A stretch of DNA of 64,000 nt from Patescibacteria group bacterium (GTDB lineage Bacteria; Patescibacteriota; Microgenomatia; UBA1400; PJMF01): contig BOKX01000001.1 in the NCBI GenBank assembly GCA_016861205.1, positions 766,528 through 830,527 of the forward strand, written 5' to 3'. Positions 20,788 to 30,626 of this stretch are shown here, in pieces. Positions within the stretch are counted from its first letter, which is position 1; each line of letters opens with the position of its first letter. The notes under the pieces were generated by a model. It was given only the letters and a program-made list of their open reading frames with translations, searched no databases and was not told where the DNA came from. Both the position numbers and the translations under genes were made by a program.

Positions 20788-21573
20788 CTATTTGACTTCC
20801 ACTACTACCTGCTCGTCAGGTGGCGTTGCCTCGCGCTCTTCAACCAACGTTTTGTAATCTTGGAAACGTCGTCTAATGTACTTGTACAAAGTAATTAAAA
20901 TACTGATAGATAGCGTTGTAATGACAAATAACTTTTTTCCGGCTGGTAAAAACATAAAAACCAAGAATGACACCACTGGCAAGACAAGCTGGAGCCGAAC
21001 AACTTCACTGCGGCTAGATGGGTATGGTGAAGTGTAAATCGACAAGGTTTCCAACACAAAAATCAATAAAGACTGAATCAGATTCAAGATAAAACTGGTG
21101 TGAGCCAAGTCAAAAGTTCCCAAGAAAACTAAGTTGTATGGCGTGGGCACATCTGGCATAAACGAGTACAGTAGATGCAAATCACGCCCTTCCAAACCCG
21201 TGCTAAAAATTCGCCACAACATCAATGAAATCATGACTTGAATCGTCAACGAGAACAGCTCACCAGCAATCACCCTTGGGCTGGCATGAAACAACTTCCG
21301 CTTTTCGGCGCGGAGTTTAATTGGCTCATCAGCCAGCTCGTCTTCCAAAATCTTAATGCGACTTGCCAAGTTGCGCTTGTCTTCTTCAGATTGATCTTGC
21401 ATCAGTGAAATCGGTAACAAGATGATGCGGATCAGGATGGTTAGCAAAATTACCGCCACACCCATATCTGGTTGGCCGTTCGACACTAAGCCGAGCATCC
21501 AGTAGAAAAAAACTAAAACGTTAAAAAAAGGCTGGTAAATAATGATTGTAAAAAGGTGGGCTAGCATACGCAA
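20788..21573 (-). CDS. yidC: membrane protein insertase YidC (short Gram-positive type)
   Basis: MGVAVILLTILIRIILLPIS is the signature YidC/Oxa1 TM2 region. About 5 TM. Confidence 0.85.
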   Translation of the reverse strand: MRMLAHLFTIIIYQPFFNVLVFFYWMLGLVSNGQPDMGVAVILLTILIRIILLPISLMQDQSEEDKRNLASRIKILEDELADEPIKLRAEKRKLFHASPRVIAGELFSLTIQVMISLMLWRIFSTGLEGRDLHLLYSFMPDVPTPYNLVFLGTFDLAHTSFILNLIQSLLIFVLETLSIYTSPYPSSRSEVVRLQLVLPVVSFLVFMFLPAGKKLFVITTLSISILITLYKYIRRRFQDYKTLVEEREATPPDEQVVVEVK

Positions 21574-21579
21574 CTTTGA

Positions 21580-21960
21580 CTAGATGTCGAATGGGCTGTC
21601 TTCACCAGGTTCAGAGCTTTGATCAAGCGATCCACCCTGACTACCAATCATACCTTGCAGCGAGGCCATCACTTCACGGATGTTGGTTACAAACTGCATC
21701 GACAAATCCATGGCTTCGCGGTCCAACGTCAACCCGTCAAACACACCAGATGCCTCATCCATGAAACTATCAAGCAAATCGCTGACTGTTGATTCGTGTT
21801 CAGCCAACCAGCGTTGCTGCTGGGTCAGGGGTTGCGTTTGAATGGTCTGCAGGGCATCAGCCACTTGTTGAATCTGCCGTGTCTTAACGTACAGATCAAA
21901 CTTCAGTGCGTCATTTGAACCAGTAACTTTGGGACGAGTCGTAAATGAAAACTTAGCCAT
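21580..21960 (-). CDS. hypothetical protein (126 aa) upstream of yidC
   Basis: Start moved to MAKFSF (21960). The longer Met at 22155 would overlap the divergent tsaC-tsaE gene. Acidic C-terminus, no motif. Confidence 0.45.
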   Translation of the reverse strand: MAKFSFTTRPKVTGSNDALKFDLYVKTRQIQQVADALQTIQTQPLTQQQRWLAEHESTVSDLLDSFMDEASGVFDGLTLDREAMDLSMQFVTNIREVMASLQGMIGSQGGSLDQSSEPGEDSPFDI

Positions 21961-22045
21961 TGTCTGATTATAGCAAACCAGGCTTGCCCCGCCAGCGGCG
22001 GGGCTAGAGCAAATAGCCAGATACCGGTATAATTGGCGCCTTGAT

Positions 22046-23155
22046 ATGTCAACCAAAATGGTGAGTACCAGCCAACTATCGGAGTCACAAGTTGTAACTG
22101 AAGCTGTCGCATGTCTGCAAGCTGGCGGACTAGTTATCTTCCCGACTGAAACCACCTACGGTGCTGGAGTAGATGCGACCAATCCAGAAGCAGTCGCCAA
22201 ACTCTTGGCCTATAAGGCGCGGCGCGAGGGTAAACCGCTATCTATCGCTGTGACCTCGGAAGCCATGGCTGCCGAGTATGTAGAGTTGAACGACTCAGCC
22301 CGTCGGTTGTATGCACGATTCCTGCCGGGACCAGTCACCGTGGTTTCCAAAAGCAAAGAAAAAGTTGCCCCTGGAGTTGCTTCGGAGTTTGGAACAGTTG
22401 GCGTTCGTATCCCGGCCTATGACCTCGTGCTCAAGATGGTAGCAGCTCTGGGACGACCGATCACTGCCACTTCTGCCAACGCTTCCGATGCCAAAAGACC
22501 TTACTCAATAACTGATATTTTCGACCATTTATCAGCTAAACAAAAATCGCTCATTGATCTGGTTATCGATGCTGGTCAGCTGCCACCGAACCCACCTTCG
22601 ACAGTGATTGACACTACCCATGACACCCCGGTGACTTTTCGCCAAGGCGAAGTCCGTGCGGCCGAAGCTACTGCCGTCAGTGGCAGCTGGGAGCTGTCTT
22701 CAGGGTCCGAATCCGAAACCAAAGCCATCGCCGGTAAGCTCCTGCTCAAACACTGGAACCAAGTCCGTGAGCGCGGATTAGTGATTGGACTCAGTGGCTC
22801 CTTGGGCGTAGGCAAAACCATTTTCAGCAAAGGGGTGGCCGAGTTCTTGCAGATAACCGATGAGATTACCTCACCAACCTACACGTACATTGAGGAGTAC
22901 TCGTACCAACGCCACCAGACTGCAGGTACGTTCTACCATCTTGATGTCTGGAAAGTTGAGTCAGCCGAAGTTGCTGACCGCCTAGGAATCCCGTCATTGA
23001 CCAGGGCTGGGTCGGTTGTGGTTATCGAGTGGTGGGACCAAGTTAAAAACTGGCTCACCCTCCCCAACCAGACGACCCTCATTGAAGTAACTATCACCGA
23101 TACCCCAGACAAGAACGACCAACGCAAATTGCAGATCGTTGAAAACGTCTTATAA
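22046..23155 (+). CDS. fused TsaC/Sua5/YrdC (threonylcarbamoyl-AMP synthase) + TsaE (P-loop ATPase) protein
   Basis: N-terminus: LVIFPTETTYGAGVDA and a YrdC fold. C-terminus: GLSGSLGVGKTIFSKG P-loop followed by SPTYTYIEEY (the TsaE SPTF motif). Confidence 0.8.
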   Translation: MSTKMVSTSQLSESQVVTEAVACLQAGGLVIFPTETTYGAGVDATNPEAVAKLLAYKARREGKPLSIAVTSEAMAAEYVELNDSARRLYARFLPGPVTVVSKSKEKVAPGVASEFGTVGVRIPAYDLVLKMVAALGRPITATSANASDAKRPYSITDIFDHLSAKQKSLIDLVIDAGQLPPNPPSTVIDTTHDTPVTFRQGEVRAAEATAVSGSWELSSGSESETKAIAGKLLLKHWNQVRERGLVIGLSGSLGVGKTIFSKGVAEFLQITDEITSPTYTYIEEYSYQRHQTAGTFYHLDVWKVESAEVADRLGIPSLTRAGSVVVIEWWDQVKNWLTLPNQTTLIEVTITDTPDKNDQRKLQIVENVL

Positions 23156-23191
23156 TTCGAGTCACTACCACTTACATTCGGGGAAGTACCT

Positions 23192-23686
23192 ATGGCAGAA
23201 AAAAAGCGCAGAATACTACTGGTCGAGCGACATGCCGAACGTGCCAAACGATACGCTAGCCTCCTAGAGTCAGCCGCCGATGTGCAAATTGTCCCCAGCC
23301 TCCTGGATACTGAACCAGGCTCACATGTCGATGATGACCTGATCACCGTAGTCAACGCTATTCTGCAAACCCACCCTGACGCGTGCGACATTGGCTTAGT
23401 CCTCCTCACCTCACCACTGTACAACATGGCGAAACTTGAAGCCATACAACGTGCTGCCGGACAAGTGTCGCCAACTCCTCGGCTCATCGCGATTCCTCTC
23501 TTCGAACACGATCGCCATGTCATTGCTAGCCTGAATCAATCTGGTAGCACTGTAGCTATTCGTGAAATACGAGACGTTGATTTTGAAAGTTATGTTGGGC
23601 CTGAGGTATTTTATAGCACCATCATGAACCTCCTCTATTCTAATCCTGAACTGCCGAGCTTGGACCAAAACAAGAACCACCAATAA
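23192..23686 (+). CDS. hypothetical protein (possible degenerate receiver-like domain) within the t6A operon
   Basis: RILLVERHAERAKRYASLLE...DIGLVLL gives a CheY-like beta-alpha pattern without clear phospho-acceptor residues. Confidence 0.45.
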   Translation: MAEKKRRILLVERHAERAKRYASLLESAADVQIVPSLLDTEPGSHVDDDLITVVNAILQTHPDACDIGLVLLTSPLYNMAKLEAIQRAAGQVSPTPRLIAIPLFEHDRHVIASLNQSGSTVAIREIRDVDFESYVGPEVFYSTIMNLLYSNPELPSLDQNKNHQ

Positions 23687-23692
23687 GCAGCT

Positions 23693-24778
23693 ATGCACCC
23701 GCCCATTCTAGCCATCGATACCTCTTGTGACGAAACTGCTGTCGCAGTCACCCAAGGCAACTTAATTCTGAGCAATGTGGTGGCTTCGCAAGTGGAGTTA
23801 CATAAACCCTACGGCGGCGTGTTCCCGACGGTGGCCAAGCTGGCTCATCGGGAAAACTTGCCAGCGGCTAGTAAACTAGCCCTCAAACGCGCCGGCATCA
23901 CGCCCTCTGAACTAGCCGCCGTGGCTGTTACCCAAGGCCCTGGTCTTGCTCCAGCCCTGGAGGTAGGAATTGAGTTTGCCAAACAACTCGCGAAGGAGTG
24001 GGACAAACCGCTGATCGCGGTCAACCACGTTGAGGGCCACTTGCTGTCGGTGCTGGCTCGGCCCCGACCAAAAACCAGTCTGCCGGCTACACCTGAGATG
24101 GAGGCGGAGTTGCCTTTTCCGATTTTGGGAGTCATCGTTTCGGGCAAACACAATGACTTTGTCCGCATCAATGGCCTTGGGCAGTACCAGCTGCTCGGCA
24201 GCACCATCGATGATGCCGCTGGTGAGGCATTGGATAAAGTTGGTCGAATGCTCGATCTTGGGTATCCGGCCGGGCCGGTCATTGAAGAGTTTGCCAAACG
24301 TGGCAATGCCCGAGCCATTGAGTTTCCACTGCCTATGACCACCAGTGGTGACTTCAATGTCAGCTTCTCAGGCATGAAAACTTTTGCCCGAAACAAAATC
24401 GAAGCACTTTCGGGTGAAGCTTCGCTCTCATCGCAAACTATCTATGATTTTTGTGCGTCATTTCAAAGAGCGGTAATCAGGGCAATTTTATATAAATTGA
24501 ACAAAATTTTACAAACAGAGTCATTTGGTGAAGTCTGGCTGGGTGGCGGCGTAGCGGCCAACACGGCTTTGCGTTCTGAGCTTCGGGCCATGCTCAAACC
24601 GTACGGTCTGAAACTAAAAGTCCCCTACACCAAAAAACTCTGCGGCGACAACGCAGCCATGATCGGGATAGTAGCCGGCTACAAATTGCACCGCGGCGAA
24701 GTGGCGAACCCATCCGACTTAGACCGCCGACCTAGGTGGAACTTGAACGAGCTAAGCGCTGTTGCCGGAACTGAGTGA
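23693..24778 (+). CDS. tsaD: tRNA N6-adenosine threonylcarbamoyltransferase TsaD (Kae1/Gcp family)
   Basis: ILAIDTSCDETAVAV N-terminus and HxxGH metal site (NHVEGHLL). Confidence 0.9.
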   Translation: MHPPILAIDTSCDETAVAVTQGNLILSNVVASQVELHKPYGGVFPTVAKLAHRENLPAASKLALKRAGITPSELAAVAVTQGPGLAPALEVGIEFAKQLAKEWDKPLIAVNHVEGHLLSVLARPRPKTSLPATPEMEAELPFPILGVIVSGKHNDFVRINGLGQYQLLGSTIDDAAGEALDKVGRMLDLGYPAGPVIEEFAKRGNARAIEFPLPMTTSGDFNVSFSGMKTFARNKIEALSGEASLSSQTIYDFCASFQRAVIRAILYKLNKILQTESFGEVWLGGGVAANTALRSELRAMLKPYGLKLKVPYTKKLCGDNAAMIGIVAGYKLHRGEVANPSDLDRRPRWNLNELSAVAGTE

Positions 24779-25655
24779 GCGCGGCCCGGAAGTTGTCACG
24801 CAGCAGCTGGCCATTACGGAACTGCAGGTCGGGTAGGTTATTCACAACTCCGGACAACCGTTCATTGAAATTAGCATCATCCATTTTGGCTAAGGCCGGG
24901 GCACTCTGTAAAGTGACAGCGATCCGATTAATTACATCGTCAGATTGATACTCACTTTGACTGCGCCGCGATCGCAAGACACCTTCACTCTTCCAGTCAT
25001 GCTTTTGGAGGCGTGACCGCTGTTCATCAATCGTCAGCGACATCAGCTGTTGGAACGTCTCACTGCTAAAATCAAGTTGGTTTGCCTTAGCTCGTTCAGC
25101 GGCCTGACGACCAATTTCTGTTGATAAAACTACCCAAAAAGGTTCTGAGCCACCTTTCAAATCAATGTTGGGAGCTAGATTTACCGAACCAGCTAAACCG
25201 TGATCACTATCGAAGTGGCTTTTGAAGCTAACCATCCGATCCACAAACTCGTTAAAACTATACTGTCTTACTTCTGACCCTTTGCGGCGAGCTAGCTGAT
25301 GTTTATCAAAACCGAGCTGACGAAAAAAAGCCTCTTGGGCATCTTTGCCGGCCGGCACACTCAGCCAAGCTACCGCGTCTTGGTGCGAAAACTCGGGCGG
25401 CTGACTGGCCTGTAGCGCTTCCAGCTGCTGTTGTTCTTCAGGAACGGTCAAGGCAACACGATCAACTGCCTTAGGATTATTGGGTGTTTCGGCTAAGGCT
25501 TGAGCGGTCTGAAGATGGACATTGCCAGAACCAGTCTCAACCCGAGGGTGTTGCAACAAGGTTTTGGCTTGCTTGAGCATTTTTAAGATGCGATCACGCT
25601 GATCATTTTTTTGCTTATCAAAAATCGCGGATGCACTGTGTTCAGATTGATTCAT
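24732..25655 (-). CDS. hypothetical protein
   Basis: ORF convergent with tsaD, overlapping it by 47 nt. The start is probably MNQSEH. No motifs. Confidence 0.45.
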   Translation of the reverse strand: MNQSEHSASAIFDKQKNDQRDRILKMLKQAKTLLQHPRVETGSGNVHLQTAQALAETPNNPKAVDRVALTVPEEQQQLEALQASQPPEFSHQDAVAWLSVPAGKDAQEAFFRQLGFDKHQLARRKGSEVRQYSFNEFVDRMVSFKSHFDSDHGLAGSVNLAPNIDLKGGSEPFWVVLSTEIGRQAAERAKANQLDFSSETFQQLMSLTIDEQRSRLQKHDWKSEGVLRSRRSQSEYQSDDVINRIAVTLQSAPALAKMDDANFNERLSGVVNNLPDLQFRNGQLLRDNFRAALTQFRQQRLARSSST

Positions 25656-25659
25656 AGTC

Positions 25660-25695
25660 TTCAGTATAACAAAGAGCCCCACCTAGTGGGGCTCC
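25660..25695 (-). terminator. rho-independent terminator downstream of nrdJ
   Basis: GGAGCCCCAC-TAG-GTGGGGCTC followed by TTTGTT on the minus strand. Confidence 0.65.
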
Positions 25696-25723
25696 TTGGC
25701 ACTTGTTTTGGGTGACGGCGATG

Positions 25724-27931
25724 TTAGATCGGACAAGCTCCGCTCTCGCACTTGAGATGCTCGTAATCGATGTCTTCCAACAGTGTTTCGTCCTGCTCGA
25801 TTTCGTTGAGCACCCGCATGAACTCGGAAATAGTCACCGGCTGTTCGGGTTGGTACTCATAGGCGGTGCTATCCTGCTGCGGCATAACGCTGCAGCACTT
25901 GATCAAACCTTGGTACTTACCAACCATTTCGCTGTACTCTTTGTAGCTGACTTTCTTGGGATCATACTTGAGTGTGTACGAAACCTGGTTGCCCGTATCT
26001 TCGAGGGGATTGCCCTGTTCATCGATGCCGACGATCCAGTACTTCTCGAGTAACATCAGCCACTTGTACTGCTCCTCGGGTGTGGCCTCAGCAGCGGTTA
26101 CCAACTCACCGTTCATGCCAATCCGGCAGATCAGCGGCTGGGTTGGGAAACCAACGGCGGTGGAACCCTGGTAGCTTTTCAGCTCTTTGATCGGATACCC
26201 TTTTTCGGCATACTTTTTGACCGCGGGATCGTCACTGCGATACTGCACCCAGCGGATGTACTCACGCATACTTGGTAGGTGAGCCCCTTCAGTCAGGGCA
26301 AACAGTTTGGAAATAGTCCCCGATGGCTTGATGGTCGTGTTGGTATGTGGCACGGTCACACCCAGCAGTTTGGAGTACTTTTCTGCCTCATCAACGACTG
26401 CCCGCTTGAACCGAGCGATGGTCAGCCAGAAATCTCGACTCTTTTCCTCATCGATCACATCGCGGAATGAGTAGCCAAACTGGTTCCAAGCAAACTCGTG
26501 AATACCAGTCATGCCTACCCCAATCCGATTGGTGCGTTTGACCTCACGGTTGTAGAGCGAGTCCATGGTGTTGACGCGAATCAAAGCTCGAGTAGCAACT
26601 CGGAAAGCCTCCTCGGCATCATCAACGGTGGGTGCGTAGTAGGGCACCACATCGGCGATCACACAGTAGCCACCCAACATGTTGAGGGAAATTTCACCAC
26701 AAGGGTTAGGAATCTGAGTGTAGATTTTGGCGTTAGCGTGACGGGCAATTTGGCCGAGCATTTTCTCGGTTCGCTTCATCGGTTTGTACTTCGAACTTTC
26801 CGCGTACTTGCCATCCTGGTAGCCCTCAAAACCGGCGTCGTTCTGGACCAAGCGGTGTTGGTTCACAAACCCTGGTTCGCCAGTGCCGTCTTCATAGGAA
26901 GCTTTCATGATCGCCTGCAACACTTTACGGGCGTGGTTACTGCGCTGCTTCCAGAACTTGTCGTCGACGGCCACAGAGTTATTGGCACTCCATAAAAAGC
27001 CGCCCCGCTTGATCGAGATGAAGTCAAAAATTTCGGCATCGGTCCAAGCTTTAGTAGCGATCCGAGCACTGCGACGTGCCCCACCGACCAAGACACACTC
27101 AGCTAAATAGTGGTCGGCAAACAAAGCTTGCTTCCAAAGAGACATACCAGCCCCTTTGATGGTGGTCACTTTTTGAATGGCGTTCATCAATGGTTTCGGT
27201 CCGGAAGAAGGTCGGTTCTGCATGCCTTTGATGGCAGCCCCTTTGGGTCGCACATCTGAAAAGTCGAGAATCAAGATGTCATCTTTGTACTTTTTTTCAA
27301 AAGCCATGACTTCCATCATCTCAATGGCTTGCGCCCAACCCTCACGGCTGTCGGGTACTTTGAACCAGTGGATACCATCACTCTCTTCCCCGTACTTATG
27401 TTTGGCATCTCGGACACTTTCGTCAAAACCCCACACAAAGTCTGGATGGTCATCACTAATCACACAGCGAACATTGGGTAAGTTGTCCCAGTTCACCAAA
27501 CACAGATCGTCGTCATATGGCCGTCCAACTCCCGAGCCATTCATCAACAGGTAGAACAAAACATAGGAGGAAGTCGCGGTGGAACAGTTGGTAAACACCT
27601 CCATGTTGCGCTCAGGCTGGGTTTTGTCACCGTGCTGGAGGTGACGACCAGACATCAAGAGCGAACCGTTGCTGATGTGTTTTTGCATCAGGTGATAGTC
27701 TGCCAATCGATCTTTATCAAATTTTTTGCCAAACTTCTTGAGTAGCAAAGTGTTGCCCAAAGCTACCCGCTCGGCCACTTCTGACCAAGTTTCCCAACGC
27801 TCATGTTCCGTTTTTTTATCAATCACTCGGCGAAGATAGGTCCGTTTTGCCACCGCCATACCCATTCCACCGTCCAGTTTGCGGTCGATGAACTTCATCC
27901 GCTTCTTCGGCAACGTTGCTGCTGGAGACAT
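25724..27931 (-). CDS. nrdJ: ribonucleotide reductase, class II (adenosylcobalamin-dependent), NrdJ
   Basis: 735 aa, monomeric class II-like. Active-site NPCGEISL and a C-terminal redox Cys pair (CESGACPI). Confidence 0.88.
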   Translation of the reverse strand: MSPAATLPKKRMKFIDRKLDGGMGMAVAKRTYLRRVIDKKTEHERWETWSEVAERVALGNTLLLKKFGKKFDKDRLADYHLMQKHISNGSLLMSGRHLQHGDKTQPERNMEVFTNCSTATSSYVLFYLLMNGSGVGRPYDDDLCLVNWDNLPNVRCVISDDHPDFVWGFDESVRDAKHKYGEESDGIHWFKVPDSREGWAQAIEMMEVMAFEKKYKDDILILDFSDVRPKGAAIKGMQNRPSSGPKPLMNAIQKVTTIKGAGMSLWKQALFADHYLAECVLVGGARRSARIATKAWTDAEIFDFISIKRGGFLWSANNSVAVDDKFWKQRSNHARKVLQAIMKASYEDGTGEPGFVNQHRLVQNDAGFEGYQDGKYAESSKYKPMKRTEKMLGQIARHANAKIYTQIPNPCGEISLNMLGGYCVIADVVPYYAPTVDDAEEAFRVATRALIRVNTMDSLYNREVKRTNRIGVGMTGIHEFAWNQFGYSFRDVIDEEKSRDFWLTIARFKRAVVDEAEKYSKLLGVTVPHTNTTIKPSGTISKLFALTEGAHLPSMREYIRWVQYRSDDPAVKKYAEKGYPIKELKSYQGSTAVGFPTQPLICRIGMNGELVTAAEATPEEQYKWLMLLEKYWIVGIDEQGNPLEDTGNQVSYTLKYDPKKVSYKEYSEMVGKYQGLIKCCSVMPQQDSTAYEYQPEQPVTISEFMRVLNEIEQDETLLEDIDYEHLKCESGACPI

Positions 27932-27975
27932 ATCCTTCCCGTTTCTAGAATGGCGTAAGGGTTACACCTTGCCAA

Positions 27976-27990
27976 ACATACATATTGTGT
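27976..27990. promoter_or_regulatory. NrdR box 1 upstream of nrdJ
   Basis: ACACAATATGTATGT (minus strand) matches the palindromic NrdR-box consensus acaCwAtATaTwGtgt. Confidence 0.6.
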
Positions 27991-28006
27991 TTTTAAAAAT
28001 AATTAA

Positions 28007-28023
28007 CCACTACATGTAGTAGT
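28007..28023. promoter_or_regulatory. NrdR box 2 upstream of nrdJ
   Basis: CCACTACATGTAGTAGT is a near-perfect palindrome. Its centre is ~32 bp from box 1, i.e. three helical turns, the typical tandem NrdR-box spacing. Confidence 0.6.
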
Positions 28024-28093
28024 TAATTATTGGGCGGATTAATAGAATCCCACATGGAACGGAAAGGGGTCAACTAGCACAAAGTGTCACAGC

Positions 28094-28570
28094 TCACTCG
28101 TCACTTGGCAGTTGGTCGGTTGGGGCAACCAATTTCTCAATTTCGCTTTGAAAATCTTCCAAACTGTCAAAGTCACGGTAAACACTGGCAAACAACAAAT
28201 AAGATAGCTTATCCATTTTTTTGAGCCGATTGATGACCAGGTTGCCAATCTCCCAGCTTTTGACTTCACTGCCGCTTTTGAGCCGTAAGCGTCGCTCTAC
28301 CTCATCAATTAGCTCATCAATGTCGGCCATAGCCACCGGTCGCTTCCAAGTCGCTTTCACCAAACCACGTTTCAACTTTTCCCGATCAAAATCTTCTTTA
28401 CTGCCATCCTTCTTAACAACTTTCAGATCAATGCCTTCCACTCGCTCGTACGTGGTAAATCGCTTATCACACTGGGTACAACTACGCCGACGACGAATCG
28501 TGGTCTGGTCATCAGTCTCGCGAGAATCAATGACTGCGGTATCTGGTTTGTTGCAGTACGGACACTTCAT
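28094..28570 (-). CDS. nrdR: transcriptional repressor NrdR (Zn-ribbon + ATP-cone)
   Basis: MKCPYCNKPDTAVIDSRE...CTQCDKRFTTYE zinc ribbon, then an ATP-cone domain. Confidence 0.9.
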   Translation of the reverse strand: MKCPYCNKPDTAVIDSRETDDQTTIRRRRSCTQCDKRFTTYERVEGIDLKVVKKDGSKEDFDREKLKRGLVKATWKRPVAMADIDELIDEVERRLRLKSGSEVKSWEIGNLVINRLKKMDKLSYLLFASVYRDFDSLEDFQSEIEKLVAPTDQLPSDE

Positions 28571-28582
28571 AAAAATCCTTGG

Positions 28583-29173
28583 TTAGCGAGCGTTGAGTAA
28601 CGTTTGGGCGGGTTGATCGGTGGGCAGAACTGACTGCAAGCGGCTGGACATGACTTGACCTTCTGTAAGCAACTGATCAAGTACCGCTCGGTCAGCGTCT
28701 GCTGAGAAACGATCTTTGAGACTGTGTAGCTCTTTGGTGTGATACTCCAAGGCTAGCCAAACAGCTCGTTTTACACTTGGATCAAGATCCTGGTCCAACG
28801 CTTCTTGGCCTGCATGGAGCAGGTACTTTTCACCTTTGGTAGCGGTTGTTAAAGCCAAGGATTGATTCCCCTTATCCAACAACAGCTTGGCATACTCTAA
28901 GCGGCGGGACGCGTAGTCAAGTTGGGTGTACACTCGTTCGACCGGCCGTTGCGACTCTAGTTTTACTCGATCAATCGTCATCAGCAATGGGTACGCAACG
29001 TGATCAGGTAAAATCTCTTGTCCCAGATACAACTGTCGTTGACTAGCTTGATACTGACCGTCAGCTGACAACACAGAAGTCGGGTCCTGAGCTAGTGAGA
29101 TTAGGAGTACTAACCCACCAAAGAACAGTGCCACAGTAGATAAAATAAGCCGCAAATGATGCTGCCAAAACAT
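28583..29173 (-). CDS. hypothetical membrane-anchored protein
   Basis: N-terminal TM helix. No motifs. Confidence 0.5.
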   Translation of the reverse strand: MFWQHHLRLILSTVALFFGGLVLLISLAQDPTSVLSADGQYQASQRQLYLGQEILPDHVAYPLLMTIDRVKLESQRPVERVYTQLDYASRRLEYAKLLLDKGNQSLALTTATKGEKYLLHAGQEALDQDLDPSVKRAVWLALEYHTKELHSLKDRFSADADRAVLDQLLTEGQVMSSRLQSVLPTDQPAQTLLNAR

Positions 29174-29273
29174 AGTGCAGGTGGCAGTATAGTTGATTCC
29201 ACCTCAAGAGTCAAATAAACTAAAGGCTTGATACAAAGCTTTTTATGTCTGGAGAAACTCAACTAAAAAGATC

Positions 29274-30011
29274 TCAACCCAAGTGCACCAGTAGCACCAT
29301 GCCCCAAATCGCGTGGCTGAGTGCCAAGGCATAGCCGTTGCGCCGGCCTGTAAACAACAGCGCTTGGCCAACAGCGAACAAACTTAACAAACCAATCTGC
29401 ACAAACACTTGCGCACCACTGAACCTGAGTAAAGTATTGGGCAAATGAAACACTACGAACACCACCATCACCACCAGTACCTGCTTGAGCAGTGACCACT
29501 CTCGGTATTTCTCCTGAATCACCACCATCACCCAACTGAAGAAAAACACTGTTTCCCAAAACCCAGTCATTAAGGCCAAAAAGAACTCCCACCAAAACTG
29601 TGAGCTGGTAAACAACAAGGCTGCCTGCGGCTCAACTCGGTTGAGCAAAAAAGCCAAGATGGAAGTCACAAAACCGTAGACCCCACCCAAAGCTATCCCT
29701 TGCATGAGCCCACTGTAAAGTTTCGGTGGCGCAAACGTGTCACCAATCGCTCGACTCTGCGTCAAACTCACGTACAGCCACACTGGGAACCCAAAGAAAA
29801 TTGCCTTACCAACAACTTCGTCAAACCAAACTTCAAAATGAAAGACAGACCGGTACACCACCCACACAATCAGACACAACACGATCAGAGGCCAAAAAGC
29901 AATGTGATCCGAAGCAGCGGCTGACTGAGGAATTGAAGTCTGAAGACGACCACTTTGCCTCGTGCGAGACGAGGACCGAGTGGCAGTGGTTCTAGACTTT
30001 TTTGATGGCAT
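29274..30011 (-). CDS. putative CPBP-family intramembrane protease (CAAX protease/Abi-like)
   Basis: Multi-TM protein with E-E-like (WWEFF/WETVFF), FxxxH (FVVFHLPN) and H-containing (SHAIWG) motifs in the TM helices. Motif 1 lacks the Arg. Confidence 0.4.
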   Translation of the reverse strand: MPSKKSRTTATRSSSRTRQSGRLQTSIPQSAAASDHIAFWPLIVLCLIVWVVYRSVFHFEVWFDEVVGKAIFFGFPVWLYVSLTQSRAIGDTFAPPKLYSGLMQGIALGGVYGFVTSILAFLLNRVEPQAALLFTSSQFWWEFFLALMTGFWETVFFFSWVMVVIQEKYREWSLLKQVLVVMVVFVVFHLPNTLLRFSGAQVFVQIGLLSLFAVGQALLFTGRRNGYALALSHAIWGMVLLVHLG

Positions 30012-30624
30012 CCAACACTGTCTGCAACGCTTGTTGCTGGTTTGTTGAGTAAGTATCGATGACTATATCGTAGAGATTTGGTTGCCAGAAATCAATCGGT
30101 TGGTCAGCGTTTGCCTGCCCTGCCCCAACGACCCACTCTTGCCATTGGTCAGCATACATGCGCGTCCACTTGGCGACATTTTTTTCTTTTCGCTCATGTA
30201 GATGTGCTTTAGCGGCCTGAACATCGACCCCGTCTCGATTGACAATTCGATCTACACGAACGGCGTCGTCACTGCAGGTCATCAAAACTTTTAACGTTCC
30301 CTTCACACCTTGCGCTAAAAAGCCGGACAACCAGGACTCGAGAATCCAGTGGCGTTCAGTCTGCAACTTGTGGCGCATTCCCATGTCTACTTCCCGGTCG
30401 AAATCATCACTATAGACTGTAGCGTCGTGATGCATGGAGTTTTTGTCGTCAAACAAACCCTTTTCAGCTGCGTAGGCACGCATGAACTCGCCCCCGCTAA
30501 AACCCTTCCAACCATCAAACTTGAGCTCTTCCCGCAACAGATTGAGCAAGGTTGTTGAACCACAACCTGGCAAACCGGAAATCGTGATGTTTTGGTAATC
30601 AATGGTAGAACTGCTATCGGTCAT
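29992..30624 (-). CDS. P-loop nucleoside/nucleotide kinase-like protein (cytidylate kinase-like family)
   Basis: ITISGLPGCGSTTLLNLL Walker A. Start moved to MTD (30624), which abuts the upstream gene's end. Confidence 0.55.
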   Translation of the reverse strand: MTDSSSTIDYQNITISGLPGCGSTTLLNLLREELKFDGWKGFSGGEFMRAYAAEKGLFDDKNSMHHDATVYSDDFDREVDMGMRHKLQTERHWILESWLSGFLAQGVKGTLKVLMTCSDDAVRVDRIVNRDGVDVQAAKAHLHERKEKNVAKWTRMYADQWQEWVVGAGQANADQPIDFWQPNLYDIVIDTYSTNQQQALQTVLDAIKKV

Positions 30625-30626
30625 AC

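Noticed and set aside
26279-27554. Plus-strand ORFs of 63-165 aa within the nrdJ region
   Set aside because: Antisense to the class II RNR gene. No motifs.
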